From assembly GCF_036588685.1 (NCBI RefSeq), contig NC_086373.1:77748001-77812000 (forward strand): a DNA stretch of 64,000 nt, given 5' to 3'. The translations under genes and the position numbers were made by a program. Positions within the stretch are counted from its first letter, which is position 1. Each line of letters starts with the position of its first letter. Source of the stretch: Mytilus trossulus. Lineage: Eukaryota. Below are positions 1-13,150 of the stretch, piece by piece. The notes beneath the pieces were generated by a model. It saw only the letters and a list, made by a program, of their open reading frames with translations. It was not told the origin of the DNA and ran no database searches.

Positions 1-762
1 TATCAGAAAAAGAAAAAATGGGGTCACTGGACTTGTTTTCATGCTACATTGTACATTGTAACACTTTCTACATGTTCTAGTAAATTAAATACTGTATCAA
101 AGTTATTTCCCCTAAGAATACAACTTTTCAAATTTGAACATTTGTTTCTTCCTGGTTTAAAGTTCTAAGCATAAAATTCATGTACTTGGTATACATGCTC
201 ATGTGGAATTGGTCAGTAAAATCAATGAAAATACAAAGTATTTCAATTGGTACATGTAACTGGAGAGCCTAAAATATAGAATCTACTCAGTCATTTGACA
301 GTTTGTAATTCGGACAAAAACTATTCTTTTTCTATACTATTTTTACATATAGAATGTTAGACTTAAGTTGACCTATATTATATAAAACCAACTGTTAAAA
401 CTTCCTTTCCCTAAGTGCTATTCTCTTCTCAAGTTTTGTAATAATATACATGTACATATATATATATTATATTTATAAATAAATATTTGAACACGTATAT
501 TGCTAAACATGCAAATGTACACTTTCAGAAATAACAGTTGGTATCAATTATACAAGCTTTATAAAAGCATGTAAATCTGGTTTTTACATACAATGTACAT
601 GAACATATACATGTCAGTCAACAAGTCACAAAATACAAACACTTTAAAACATCTTTTTTGTACAGTGCATACAACTTTACCACATTGCTGAAGGATCAGC
701 ATGCATGCATAAATGAAGTAAAAAGCCTTTTCTCAAATTTGAACTTTTATCATACATTATCT

Positions 763-2736
763 AACCAGATGCTCCGCAGGGCGTAGCTTTATACGACCGC
801 AGAGGTTGAACCCTGAACGGTTGGGGCAAGTATGGACACAACATTCAAGCTGGATTCCGCTCTAAATTTGGATTGTGATTAAATAGTTGACACAGCATAG
901 GTTTCTGACACAGAATGAATGTGTTCTAATGAACTTAAAATTTTTGTTTTCTCTTAGAGCAATTCACTATGCTGTTGAATATTAATCCTCTCAAAAAAAT
1001 GTTTGAAGAAATTTTCATTTTATTTATGAAATTTCATTTCAAATGAGAAACTGAACCCAATTTTTTTAATCACATCCCCCTTTCTCTTATTCCAAATTAG
1101 TCTCAATTAAATTTATAATGGAGTTTGCAACAATAACTACTCATTTAAAAACATCATAAGATATTCAGATGTAAAAAAACTGCTTGTTATCACTTAATGG
1201 TAAAGATTATTTTAATTTATCAGTTGGTAGTAAAAAGTGAATATACATTGTATATAACAAAGGTTTGAGTTGATTCTGGACAAAGAAAGATAACTCCAAT
1301 TAAAAAAAAAATATTGCTATTTCACAATATTGTGCAATTAGATATTTCTTGCTTACTATTCTGGACAAAGAAAGATAACTCTAATTAAAAAAAAAATATT
1401 GCTATTTCACAATATTGTGCAATTAGATATTTCTTGCCATTGTGCAATACTGTGCAATTGAAAAGACTTGCTATTGCACAATACTTAATATAATATTTTA
1501 GATCCTGATTTGGACCAACTTGAAAACTGGGCCCATAATCAAAAATCTAAGTACAAGTTTGGATTCAGCATATCAAAGAACCCCAAGATTTCAATTTTTG
1601 TTAAAATCAAACTAAGTTTAATTTTGGACCCTTTGGACTTTAATGTAGACCAATTTGAAAACAGGACCAAAAATGAAGAATCTACATACACAGTTAGATT
1701 TGGCATATCAAAGAACCCCATTTGTTCAATTTTTAATGAAATCAAACAAAGTTTAATTTTGGACCCCGATTTGGACCAACTTGAAAACTGGGCCAATAAT
1801 CAAGAATCTAAATACATTTTTAGATTCAGCATATCAAAGAACCCAACCGATTAATTTTTTGACAAAATCAAACTAAGTTTAAATTTGGACCCTTTGGACC
1901 TTAATGTAGACCAATTTGAAAATGGGACCAAAAATTAAGAATCTACATACATTTGTACACAATTAGATTCCGCATATCAAAGAACCCCAATTATTCAATT
2001 CTTGATGAAATCAAACAAAGTTTAATTTTGGACCCTTTGGGCCCCTTTTTCCTAAACTGTTAGGACCAAAACTCCCAAAATCAATACCAACCTTCCTTTT
2101 AAAGTCATAAACCTTGTGTTTAAATCTCATAGATTTCTATTTACTTATACTAAAGTTATGGTGCGAAAACCAAGAAAAATGCTTATTTGGGTCCCTTTTT
2201 GGCCCCTAATTCCTAAACTGTTGGGACCTAAACTCCCAAAATCAATACCAACCTTCCTTTTGTGGTCATAAACATTGTGTTTAAATTTCATTGATTTCTA
2301 TTAACTTAAACTAAAGTTATTGTGCGAAAACCAAAAATAATGCTTATTTGGGCCCTTTTTTGGCCCCTAATTCCTAAACAGTTGAAACCAAAACTCCCAA
2401 AATCAATCCCAACCTTTCTTTTGTGGTCATAAACCTTGTGTCAAAATTTCATAGATTTCTATTAACTTAAACTAAAGTTATAGCGCGAAAACCAAGAAAA
2501 TGCTTATTTGGGCCCTTTTTGGCCCCTTATTCCTAAAATGTTGGGACCAAAACTCCCAAAATCAATACCAACCTTCCTTTTGTGGTCATAAACCTTGTAT
2601 TAAAATTTCATAGATTTCTATTCACTTTTATTAAAGTTAGAGTGCGAAAACTAAAAGTATTCGGACGACGACGACGACGCCAACGTGATAGCAATATATG
2701 ACGAAAAATTTTTCAAAATTTGCGGTCGTATAAAAA
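763..2736 (-). mobile_element. Non-autonomous Helentron/HINE-type element with internal tandem arrays, in Rab10 intron 2
   Basis: Perfect 14-bp subterminal inverted repeat TTTATACGACCGCA (788-801) / TGCGGTCGTATAAA (2721-2734), (GAC)n microsatellite at 2664-2678, T/A-run ends, and internal tandem repeats. Superfamily assigned by architecture only. Confidence 0.7.
1500..2660. repeat. Tandem arrays inside the HINE: 2 x 261 bp (1510/1771; two related ~130-bp halves) then ~4 x 160 bp (2188/2348/2508)
   Basis: TTGGACCAACTTGAAAACTGGGCC recurs at 1510 and 1771; AACTCCCAAAATCAAT..CAACCTT recurs with a ~160-bp period. An ~85-bp duplication is also present at 1274/1359. Confidence 0.9.
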
Positions 2737-2946
2737 GGGAAAGAGCCAGACCAGCAACTTTAATTGCTGTAAACATGAAACATGCTCATGATGACTTGAT
2801 AAATGTACTTCCTGATTTTGGAGAGGACTTATGACATACTTAAGTTATTTCACCTCAAGATGTGGAGATGAGAGAATATCCAATTACCATTACTGTAGAA
2901 TATCATAATTCTGTATAGAATAATATAAGTATACAATTTAACTTAC

Positions 2947-3007
2947 CATATTTGTAATTTAATTTTCTTTCCTCCTAATTCTACAGTTTTAATTTTAAAA
3001 TCTATAC
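2947..3007 (-). CDS. RAB10: Rab10 coding exon 2 (61 nt); gene continues beyond the left edge of the window
   Basis: Acceptor ttttgcag|, reads (G)[20 protein letters not shown], donor TG|GTAAGT. Phase matches exon 1. The DTAGQ exon was not found in 1-2946. Confidence 0.95.
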
Positions 3008-4800
3008 CTGCAAAACAATAAGAAAGTAATTTAGGTTATAACTATTTTGTTCTGTTTCAAAACGTATTTCAGGCTTTCAGCATGTTCAGAGTTCACAGTA
3101 GTTTGGATTTAGCTTCAAATTCAAACCATTGTATTGTATTTTGTCGGATAGAAGTTATTTAAGCTCATGCATATGCAGCATGGTATACCAAAGATGTATT
3201 CAAATATTGTGAAGGGATTAGAAATTACAAATATAATTCCATCATGTCATAATTATTTTAACATGGGTAGGCATTATACATGTTACATGTATATACATTG
3301 TACTAACTTGTCACTATTTTCCAATTAAGTTTGAATATTATAATTATGTTCTCCAGCACGTTACTTATATACATTGTATCAATGAACTTGCATACATGTA
3401 ACAGACACAAATCAAATTCAAATTTAACTTTAGACAATGTTAATTAGATTATAACTGAACATTAAAACTATTTTTATAATTTTTATAATTGGAAATTTCC
3501 TGTTGTTCTAAAAATAGATCCCTGCATCAAGTCGCTGAAATGGGTCCCTGTTTGAGTTTTCCGTTGCTCAAAAGGTACACGTGTTTTTGTAAATATTTCG
3601 ATCTTCTCGGTGTTTGTCCAATTAGCGTGTGTCATGTAGTCATATTTTTTTCGCATTTCTTAGGATTTTTCATAACATACATCGAATTAAAACGAAAGTA
3701 AATGTCCGGTTAAAATATTGAATAGAAGCATGTTTTCGGCTTATTTTGGAAAACTGAGGGAAAGTTATAATGATAACAAGACTCAGCCAGTGTCTTTAGG
3801 AAGCGTCCATCGAACTCACAGGCGTGTGTGTGTGTACAATAACGAAAACATTGCTAATAAACACAGGGTTTCATCAAAAACGAATTCAGTTGGAAAAAGT
3901 GAAAGGCCCAATCAATTATGAAATGATAAAGCATCAGAAATCAAAAGTTCTAATAAAAGACAACTAAACCCAGATTTATGTAAATTGAATAAAAGAAAAT
4001 CATTCAAGTATAATTAGAGTTTATATACTATTTTTTATTCATTTTACGGTTAACTAATGAATACACACACCATGCACACAGCCACTGATCAGGCACTGGT
4101 CTCAGGATTTATTATATAAAGGTATAAGACGAGTGCCTGTGAATACACATATCCTTTTTTGTGAGAAAATACAAAACTGGCAAAAGGTTTGAAACGGGAC
4201 ACAAATTAAACCTACAGTAACTCCTCAGTGAATAAACCGAATAAAACAGCTAGCAAATAACCCTAACCATAACCCTAAACCAAAAAAAAGAGCTAAAGAA
4301 AGACAGAAACATATTAATTTAAGATGGAAAAAAATTGGGGTTGATATTGCCTAAATATTCAATATTGTGGCGAAGAAAAAACCCAATACATTAAGGAGCT
4401 TGGTGGTGAAAAACCCAATTTGATATTAACCTGAGGGGTGAATTGGAATTGATAATGCAATTAAAAAACTTTATCACCCAATAATATAAGAAAATGGTGG
4501 GTAAAAACCCCAATTTATGAATTCTTATCTGGAGCTCTGTATATATGGTGTCCAGAATCATGCTAAGTGTTTAGGAAATTTTTGTTGTCAAAAATAAACT
4601 TTTTTAATTGTTTTAGGATGTTGTGTTTTGCCTATTGAGTATTGTATCTAGGGTTGACATCAGTGTAGGACAAAGCCTCAGAATTCAAATTATATTATAA
4701 GCAGTAAAAATTAAACAAAGTATGGTTGTGTTTCTGCTTTCTATTTTACAATAGCTGATTTAGCCTTGCGGCTTTTTGTCTGCTATTACAGGTCATCACA

Positions 4801-5087
4801 ATACACCTTATTGCTAATCCCGCTTCAACTTTAAACTCATACAACAATCACTTTTCCATTGTAGCATCAGATATTTTGTTTTATGACATAAAAATACAGG
4901 AACCTGTGTGATATCCAGTAATGGCGGACAAATGGCGATAAGGTGTACAGTTCCCGTAAGATTTTGACATCATTATTTATGATGTCAAAATTATAAATAA
5001 CAAATATCTGTCGCCAAAATGGGAAAGTTATTGTTGTATGACATCAATGGTCCAACCACAGCAGATTTCCAAATAGTAATAAGGTGT
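4801..5087. mobile_element. Small TIR element (MITE-like) in Rab10 intron 1
   Basis: ACACCTTATTGCTA at 4803 is inverted against TAGTAATAAGGTGT at 5074-5087; an internal partial copy lies near 4938. Confidence 0.45.
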
Positions 5088-5336
5088 TGTACCACAAAAA
5101 ATAAAGGGATGTAAAACATTTGAGTTATTACGAGTCATTGTTATCTCCCAATAAACTGTAAAAGACACTCCTGAAACTGAAGTTATCATGACCTTGACAC
5201 TATTCATAAAGTGTGGCTAGTAAAATACCAACTGGTCAATAAAATTCATGTTCACTGTATCAGTGTATGAGTCATCATCACCTCATCAGTTCAATCACTA
5301 TGTATAAAATCAAGTGTTATAAACATCAACACTCAC

Positions 5337-5463
5337 CTATTGTTGATATAAATGTTGTATTAAAAGCATCGTCTGAAAATCTAAATAGTAAACAAGTTTT
5401 CCCAACTCCAGAATCACCAATTAAAAGTAACTTAAACAATAAATCATATGTCTTTTTCGCCAT
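5337..5463 (-). CDS. RAB10: Ras-related protein Rab-10, coding exon 1 (127 nt)
   Basis: Reverse complement from ATG at 5463 reads [43 protein letters not shown]: P-loop GDSGVGKT and the Rab10-type N-terminus [11 protein letters not shown]. Ends at donor G|GTGAGT. Confidence 0.95.
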
Positions 5464-5490
5464 AACTTGAAGAAGTGTTTTTGGTTTGAT

Positions 5491-5716
5491 AAAATGGCGG
5501 TCTGATTTTCCTTTTTTATTTTTTTCTGACGATCAATTCCTGTTTTTAACTGTCAAGAATCTGACTGTGGTTCAACATGTTAAAGTTCTTGTATATAAAC
5601 AAATGAGACTGTCTATTTTAGGACAATGATTAACAATCAACTGATCGACCGATCAAACAGTAAATTTTCCGTCTGGTCACGTCACTTCCTACTGGGTCAT
5701 CAACAAGGGAGATAAC
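5491..5716 (-). promoter_or_regulatory. Putative Rab10 proximal promoter / 5' leader motifs
   Basis: YY1-like AAAATGGCGG (5491-5500), composite ETS/CRE-like GGAAGTGACGTG on the minus strand (5678-5689), and AAGGGAGATAAC (5705-5716), all just upstream of the Rab10 ATG. The TSS is not determined. Confidence 0.45.
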
Positions 5717-6195
5717 CTTGTCAAACTCCTCACAACTTCCGAAACAAATCGTAAGCGCACCGAACCTTTCCGAAGATCTGCGAACGATTGCAGAGTCTAC
5801 TCGAGTCAGTCAGAGACATAATACATATTGTATAATATTATGTGTCTCTTGCATTATACCCCAAATATACATGGAAAAAAGTTCCATAAAATCTATGAAG
5901 ACTAAAACAATCACCATTAAAAATTCATATGGAGATTTGCATTGAAAAGGGTGGATAGCTCTTGCAAAAAAAAGCAGAAATATCAATAAAAATTGATTCA
6001 AAATTAGAACTTTACCCACTGACTTTACCGCTGCTATTCATCAGAATGTATTGATTCTTTATTTTTTTTAGCGGTCTTTAGAGTATAACAAACAACTCTC
6101 ACGGTGTTTTCATATATTTTATCAAGCTATATATATAATCTAGATTTCGTAATTCATATTAGTTGACCATTTATTGAATTTTTCAACATGTCAAG

Positions 6196-6307
6196 CACAG
6201 GCACTTGTTTTCTATCCATGGGAAGATCTACTATCCCTATATATTACGATAGTAGTTAATATATAGGGATAGTAGATCTTCCTATGGATAGAAAACATGT
6301 GCCTGTG
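6196..6307. mobile_element. 112-bp foldback MITE with perfect 8-bp TSD (ATGTCAAG)
   Basis: 51-bp arms CACAGGCAC...CCCTATATATTA / TAATATATAGGG...GTGCCTGTG with 2 mismatches and a 10-nt loop. ATGTCAAG lies at 6188-6195 and 6308-6315. 8-bp TSDs are typical of hAT and P superfamilies. Confidence 0.85.
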
Positions 6308-6839
6308 ATGTCAAGGTAAAGAATCTCAAAAGTTAATAAAAATAATTAAGCATGTATTCTTCTTTTTGTGGTTTAAAGTTTCTTTAGATAAAGTAAGTTG
6401 CTGAAAAAATACAATATACAGCAATAACAAATTTTCACATTATTTTTTTTCAAAATGGTTACAAAGCTTCAAATTTGCAATTTCTTTCATGAAAAATGCA
6501 TGAAAAAAACTACCAATAACTCTTCGGTTGTGTACATTTTATGAGTAGAAGATAATATAATTTAGTCAAATACAAACTTATAACACCATCAATGTATCAT
6601 ACTTTACATAAATTTTAAGAAAAACAACCAAAAAATGACCAAACTTTGAAAGACGCATTTTTGCAAGAGTTACCTCCCCTTCCAATGCTAATTTCCACAG
6701 GAAATTAAAAATGCTGATTTTGTTTTCCTCAAGTTATATTTTATAGGACTTTTTTCTGTGTATATAAAGGGCAATATGCTATAGATTCGAACTAAAACAT
6801 TTTCTGTTGCAATTAGTTTGAGTTCAATTCTTAGTTTAC

Positions 6840-9106
6840 TGAACTATTAATACGAAAACAGCCTTAAAAAAGACACTAAATACATGCAACTCTGACAACG
6901 AATTTAATAAACAAATCCAGCCAGCTGAAATTTTAAATGCAGTTAAAACACTTAAAAATGGTAAATCATCAGCTGAAGACTTAATTTCTAATGAAATGAT
7001 TAAATGTGGTATGCCAGTATTATTAGAACCCCTATTAAAACTTTTCAACCTAGTATTTATGAAAGTCAGCTTCCCAAAATTATGGAACAAAAGTCTGATT
7101 ACTTTAATTCATAAAAAGGGGAACAAATCTGACCCCTCTAATTATAGAGGTATCTCATTGACCTCTAATTTGGGAAAATTATTCAATAAAATTATACACA
7201 CTAGACTAATGAAGTTTATTAACACTAATAATTTGATAAGTGAAAATCAGATTGGCTTCAAAGAAAAAGCTAGAACAGCAGATCATATCTTTTCATTAAA
7301 GTCTATTGTAGACAAATATAAAACTAAAAAAAAGAAAATTTTTGCAGCATTTATAGATCTGCGAAAAGCCTTTGATACTGTCTGGAGGGAGGGTTTATTC
7401 TACATTCTACTCCAAAACAGAATTCCAGGCAAGCTTTTTAACGTCATCCAATCAATGTATAATGACAACAAATGTAGAATTAAATTTCAAAATGGTATGA
7501 GCCATGAATTTATATCAAATTGTGGAGTAAAACAAGGGGATGTACTTAGCCCCACTTTGTTTAATATTTATATAAATGGCCTTGTAAATGACCTTGATCA
7601 TGCAAACACTCAACCAATTATTATAGGAGATGTTAAATTAACATCATTATTATATGCAGATGACATTATTTTATAATCTGAAACCCAAGAAGGGCTACAA
7701 AATGCACTAAATGAGTTAACTAAATTTTGTTCCCTATGGAAACTTGATGTTAACAAACAAAAATCAAAAATTATAATATTCAATTCTAATGGAAAATCTC
7801 ACTGTAATTATTTTAAAGTAGAAAAAGAACATCTTGAGACTGTTAAATCTATTTGTTACCTTGGAATAACTATAAATTGTTCAGGAAGTTTAAGTCATTA
7901 AAAAAAAAATCTTTTGGAAAAAGGAAGAAAGGCTTGGTTTAAAATAAAAAAAAACAGTCTCTTTAGATAATTCCTGCAGTATGCTTGAAAAATTATTTGA
8001 TACTTTAGTTGTTCCAATAACTCTTTATGGAAGTGAAGTTTAGGGTGGAAGCCAAGTGTTCAAAGATTCAGATCCATTTGAACATTTACATATTAAATTT
8101 ATTAAAGAAATTTTAGGTGTACAGTGCAAAACAACAAATGTAGCCTGTTTAACTGAGACAAACAGAATCCCTTTGTACTTTAAAATTCAGCTTTCAGCTA
8201 TAAAATTTCTAAACCATATTGTAAACTCGCCTAACACTTTAGTCCATAAAATATATAATAATGTAGAGAAAACAAGTAAATGGGTTAACATTGTAAAAGA
8301 CTGGTTAAATAAATTAGGTTATGGTCATCTCACTTTTGATACTTTTAATTTAAAATATCACATAAATAGTATCCAACAAAGAATCTATGACCAGGCTTAT
8401 CAAATTATAAATTGTTCTATCAATAAATGTGAAAAATTAAATTTCTTTTGTCATACTAAAAGAATTAGAAAAAGGCCCCCATATATTGATATATGTAAAT
8501 TCAAAACTGACCGATCAGTTTTCAGTAAATTTAAACTAAGTGCACATTCCTTAGCAATTGAAAGAGGGCGTTATACCAACATTGAAAGAAGTAAACGCAT
8601 TTGCTTATCCTGTAACAGACAAGAAATTGAGGATGAATACCATTTCTTCTCAATATGTCCATGCTATACATCATTAAGGGATACCTATATACAAAATATT
8701 AATAAAAATCTTAATTTCAATTTTATTAAATTGCAGTCCACTATAACACTTAAGCATTTGACTGTACTTTTAAATAGCAGTTTACCAGTCATTATAAAAA
8801 TCACCATAAAGTATATTAATGATTGTCTTTTATTAAGAACATCTGTATAACTTGTATTTCTTTTAATATGCATTGCCAACCTAATTTTTGTTTGTGTTCT
8901 TTTTTCAATTATTCATGAATATTAATAATGTGTTAACTGTTGAAATTTATAGCCTTTTTTTTTCTTTGCTGTGAATACCACTGTCACTCTAATATAATTG
9001 TAATCAATTTAACTATTGTAAGTTTATTGTCTTAATTTTGTATGCCATAACCATTTAATGTAAATGTGTTTGTGCGAATAAAATATTGTCTATTGTCTTT
9101 TGTCTA
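6840..9106 (+). mobile_element. 5'-truncated, inactivated non-LTR retrotransposon (CR1/L2 group) ORF2: RT domain, C-terminal Cys/His motif, 3' tail
   Basis: RT motifs NYRGISL, QIGF, FIDLRKAFDTV, GVKQGDVLSPTLF, LLYADD; C-terminal RICLSC..EDEYHFFSICPCY. In-frame stops at 7674, ~7898 and ~8041 plus an A-run frameshift near 7950. 3' end AATAAAA followed by short (TTGTCT)-type repeats at 9077-9106. Confidence 0.9.
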
Positions 9107-9799
9107 CGACGGGCAGCTAGATATCGGGCCGAGATACCAGGCTATATATGATGATCGTCTAAGATTTTTTTTTAATATTCAGTTATGTATATATATAACA
9201 TTGTTTATATTTTCTAAAATGGACTCATTGGTACTAACTGGTTAACCCCAAAAGTTATATTGGTTAAGATTTTAAAGATCATCGAAATATCGTCGACTCT
9301 TTCTATATCTGGTATTGTACGAATCAAGTTGTGGACTACCAAGTTTTGCCACAAGCCGCTTATTGGAATCAATGATCATCAATGTTAATACCTGAAAGTT
9401 TAAATACATATAACATATCAGATGAAAGTAATGAGTCATTGGACTATAGTTATCCAGGTTCGCCACAAATGACATCTTCACCAAATTAGTCATTACTCAG
9501 AAAACAACTAAACACAAAAGAAGACCACTACCATCAGATACAGAAAATATAGAATTGCCAAAAATATAGAATTGCCAAAAATTGAGACGAATGCAAAAAA
9601 TATCCCGTTGACCGACTTCTCAGGCCTGCTACTAATGATCCCGACAACAATGATAGTCGTGTCATATACCATTGTGTAGATAAATCAATTTAGATTTACG
9701 GCATATTAAGTTTAAGTAGGTTTGACAACCGAGAAATAAAAAAAATCACGGGATTTCGGGACTGGGTGTCATTTTTCAAAAAAAATAGTTAAGTACCTT

Positions 9800-9884
9800 G
9801 TGTTATATTAAGGTATACAGGAATTTTTTTTTGGAGACAAGTGTTATATTAAGGTATACAGGAATTTTTGTTTTGAGACAAGTG
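9800..9884. repeat. Direct tandem duplication of ~41 bp
   Basis: GTGTTATATTAAGGTATACAGGAATTTTT...GAGACAA occurs at 9800 and 9841. Confidence 0.85.
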
Positions 9885-9899
9885 CCTGTGAGATATACT

Positions 9900-12125
9900 A
9901 GTAAACAAAATTTGTGAGGAATTTTAAGCATGAGATACATAAACTCACTAACAAGCACATACCACAGAGAACAAGTACACAACAACATGGATACCCTTGG
10001 ATAACCACAGAACTGCGTAAGATGATGAGGAAAAGCTACCGACTATACAACAACAAAAACAACAGCAGATAACGGGAAAAGAAAATGAGAACAGCATATA
10101 CAAACCGGAACCATCTAGTACAAAAAGAAACACGCAATTGCTTCTTGAACTATGTATCAAACATCGTAGCACCGGATGATAAACCAAATCCAAAGATTAT
10201 TTCCTCTTTTTTAAAATGCACGAGGAAAATGACACAGTTGAAAAAACAAACACATTAAACCATCAGTTCCAATCAGTGTTTACTGAAGACAACAAAACTG
10301 AAATGCCAAATATGGGAAACAAAAACTGCAACACAATGAATGACATCAACATCACTATAGATGGAATAGAAAAGCTGCCGAAAGAACTCAATCCTAACAA
10401 AGCAAGTGGACCAGACCAACTCATCAAGAATACTAAAAGAACTCCATCACAAATTAGCTGCAACAGTCACTTTCTTGTTCAATAAATCTATGTTTCTAGG
10501 AAAAACACCAACAGACTGGAAGCACGCATTTGCCCAATCTACAAGAAACAACCACGCCATGAACCAGCAAACTACAGGCCTGTCTCCCTAACCTGAATCA
10601 TTTGCAAGCTAATGGAGCACATCGTAGTATCCAACGTAATGAAACATCTACAATGTAGAAACTAATAGAATAATATCCGAATTTCAACATGGCTTTAGAA
10701 GTAAGAGATCGTGCGAGACACAACTCATAGACTTGATACATGATCTAAAATGTACAATGGACATTATAACACAAACAGATATGATATTCCTAGACTGTAC
10801 AAAGGCATTTGGTAAAATCAGCCATCCACGCCTGCTACACAAGCTCAGATACTATGGTATAAGAGGGGAAATCACAAATGGATCACAGCATTTTTAGTAG
10901 TGTTGTACTGGAAAAACAAGTATTCTGACAAGTGGGAGTAACATCTGGAGTACCCAAAGTCAGTGTACTTGGACCTGTCCTTTTCATAATCTAATGATAT
11001 CACTGATAGCATAGTCAACAATCCGCCTGTTTGCTGATGATTGCACCATCAACCGGTCGATTAGAACTACCAAAGATCAAGCCATCCTACAAAAACATCT
11101 GACAACACTGACGCATGGACTGCATAAACAAACATCTGTCATTGAACCAAAATTATGACAAGCCGTTTTATTATTTATTCTTACTTCAACATATCTCATA
11201 AACTTTATAAGATATCTTATATAGTTTATAAGATATCTTATATAGTTTAAAAGATATCTCAAATAACTTATCAGATATCTTATATAATTGTCTTTATAAG
11301 ATATCTCATAAACTATATAAGATATCTTATGAACTATATGAGATATCTTATAAACTATACAAGATATCTTATAAATTATATAAGATATCTTATATAAAAA
11401 TTGTTTATAAGATATCTCATATACTTTATAAGATATCTTATAAACTTTAGAAAATATCTTATAAAGTCTTATATAATATATAAGATATCTCATAAAAATG
11501 AAATTATATAAGATATCTTATATATTATAGGAGATATCTTATATATCAAAGGATATATCTTATTTAGTTTATAAGATATCTCCTATAATATATAAGATAA
11601 GATATCTTATATCTTATATAGTGTATCAGATATCTTATATAGTTTATCAGATATCTTATATAATTGTCTTTATAAGATATCTCATAAACTATATAAGATA
11701 TTTTATAAACTATATGAGATATCTTATAAAAGTTGTTTATAAGATATCTCATATACTTTATAAGATATCTTATAAACTTTAGAAGATATCTTATAAAGTA
11801 TATAAGATATATTATAAACTATAGAAGATATCTTATAAACTTTAGGAGATATCTTATAAACTTTAGGAGATATCTTATATAATATATGAGATATCTTATA
11901 AAAATGAAATTATATAAGACATCTTATATATTAAAGGAGTATCTTATATATTATATAAGATATCTTATATATAATAGGAGATATCTTGAAATTCGAATAA
12001 ATAGTAAAACGGCTTGCAATACAAAATAAACACCAGAGATTTGTGTTTTGGTTTTATCAAAATTAACATCCACATTCTTTAAATAACGAGTATATACTAA
12101 AGAATATAAGACTTTTGTCAACAAC
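9900..12125 (+). pseudogene. Heavily decayed CR1-group LINE ORF2 (RT), interrupted by a MITE at 11154-12021
   Basis: Frameshifted fragments NKASGPD, PTDWKHA, NYRPVSLT, QHGFRSKRSCETQL, DMIFLD.TKAF, SGVP..SVLGP.LF, RLFADDC. Weak continuation after the MITE (GFIKINI.., YKTFV). Confidence 0.8.
11154..12021. mobile_element. TA-flanked MITE filled with a palindromic ~22-bp minisatellite
   Basis: Left end CAAGCCGTTTTATTATTTATTC..TTCAACATATCTC is inverted against right end GAGATATCTTGAAATTCGAATAAATAGTAAAACGGCTTG. The interior has dozens of ATAAGATATCTTAT-type palindromic units and a higher-order duplication (11269/11645). Confidence 0.8.
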
Positions 12126-12839
12126 AGCCAGACACTGTCACACACATAGAATAATCAACCATGTCCCAATCAAAAGAAAATTGTGCATACCTTTACATGA
12201 TAGAGGACTTGATATTTGCATTATTGTAGCAGCATGACGGTGTGAACCCTTACATCTAATGTGCTTATCATTTGACTTTGAACTAAGTACATCTCGACTT
12301 TGTCCTATTCTTGTTCTGATGAAGTAGCTCATCTACCCTTCTATATATCTTAGGCTTCACATGTGTCTCTGAATTCATAAAAAGTAGTAAGCATTATTAC
12401 ATCAAAGCAACGGTGATTTGATATATTACAGTGGAGTTGGAGCAGTAAAAGATGTGCACCCATTAATTTTATTTTCTGCGAAAAAAAACCCTGATGTGTA
12501 AAGAGAATGTGTGTTATCTAGAAGATAAAGAAATGTGACAAATCTCGACCAGGGAGTCCATACAAGACTTGAAGAAGAACCAGTGTCTTTTAAAAACACA
12601 TGTTAAATTGACTGATTCAGACTCAGTTTCTTTGTTTTAGTTTTTCATCGATTTGTCTGACTTCAATTTTAAGAACGACCATTGAGAACAAAAGTTTTAA
12701 AATGAAAATCTCTGTCTATAGAATTCCTTGTTATCGTCAAGAACATTCATACTTTCTCTAAACTTAGTGCAGTCCTTGAAATTGGAGGATTACGGTAACA
12801 CTGAAACCCTAGACTGAAGAAAAGTAAGCATGAATCGAA

Positions 12840-13150
12840 ATAAAAGAGGGACGAAAGATACCAAAGGAAAATTCAAACTCAGAAGTTGAAAACAAACTGA
12901 CAACACAAGCGGGCGAAAGAAAAAAAATAAAATACAAACAATAGAACACTAAACATAAAACATAACATAGAAAACACAAGACTGAGCAACACAAACCCCA
13001 CAAATACTGGGGGATCTCAGGTGATCCTGAAGGGTTACATGATCCTGCTCAGGATGTGGCACCCGTCATGTTGCTCATTCAGTAGGTCACATTCCAGAAA
13101 AGGGGACAAGATTGAAGTAACGTTATTAGGAACATATCCATGATCATCTG
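12840..13150 (-). repeat. Dispersed SINE-like repeat (same family as 46320-46602)
   Basis: Reverse complement of AGCAACACGACGGGTGCCACATG..AGCAGGATC..ACCCTTC..AGCACCTGAGATC.CCCC...GAGTTTGA..TTTGGTATCTTTC at 46371-46600. Confidence 0.8.

Noticed and set aside
1510-1854. ORFs of 114 aa (+) and 85 aa (-) with internal repeats
   Set aside because: Translations of the 261-bp tandem array inside a HINE-type element.
4258-4281. TAACCC-like telomeric repeats
   Set aside because: Only about three degenerate units; too short for an interstitial telomere and likely part of a repeat.
5267-5470. Plus-strand ORF of 67 aa
   Set aside because: Antisense shadow of Rab10 exon 1; the real frame is on the minus strand.
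6996-8850. Functional RT gene or domesticated retroelement
   Set aside because: 5'-truncated with no endonuclease, at least three in-frame stops and a frameshift.
11077-11752. Y/K/I/S-rich ORFs
   Set aside because: Artefacts of the AT-rich palindromic minisatellite.
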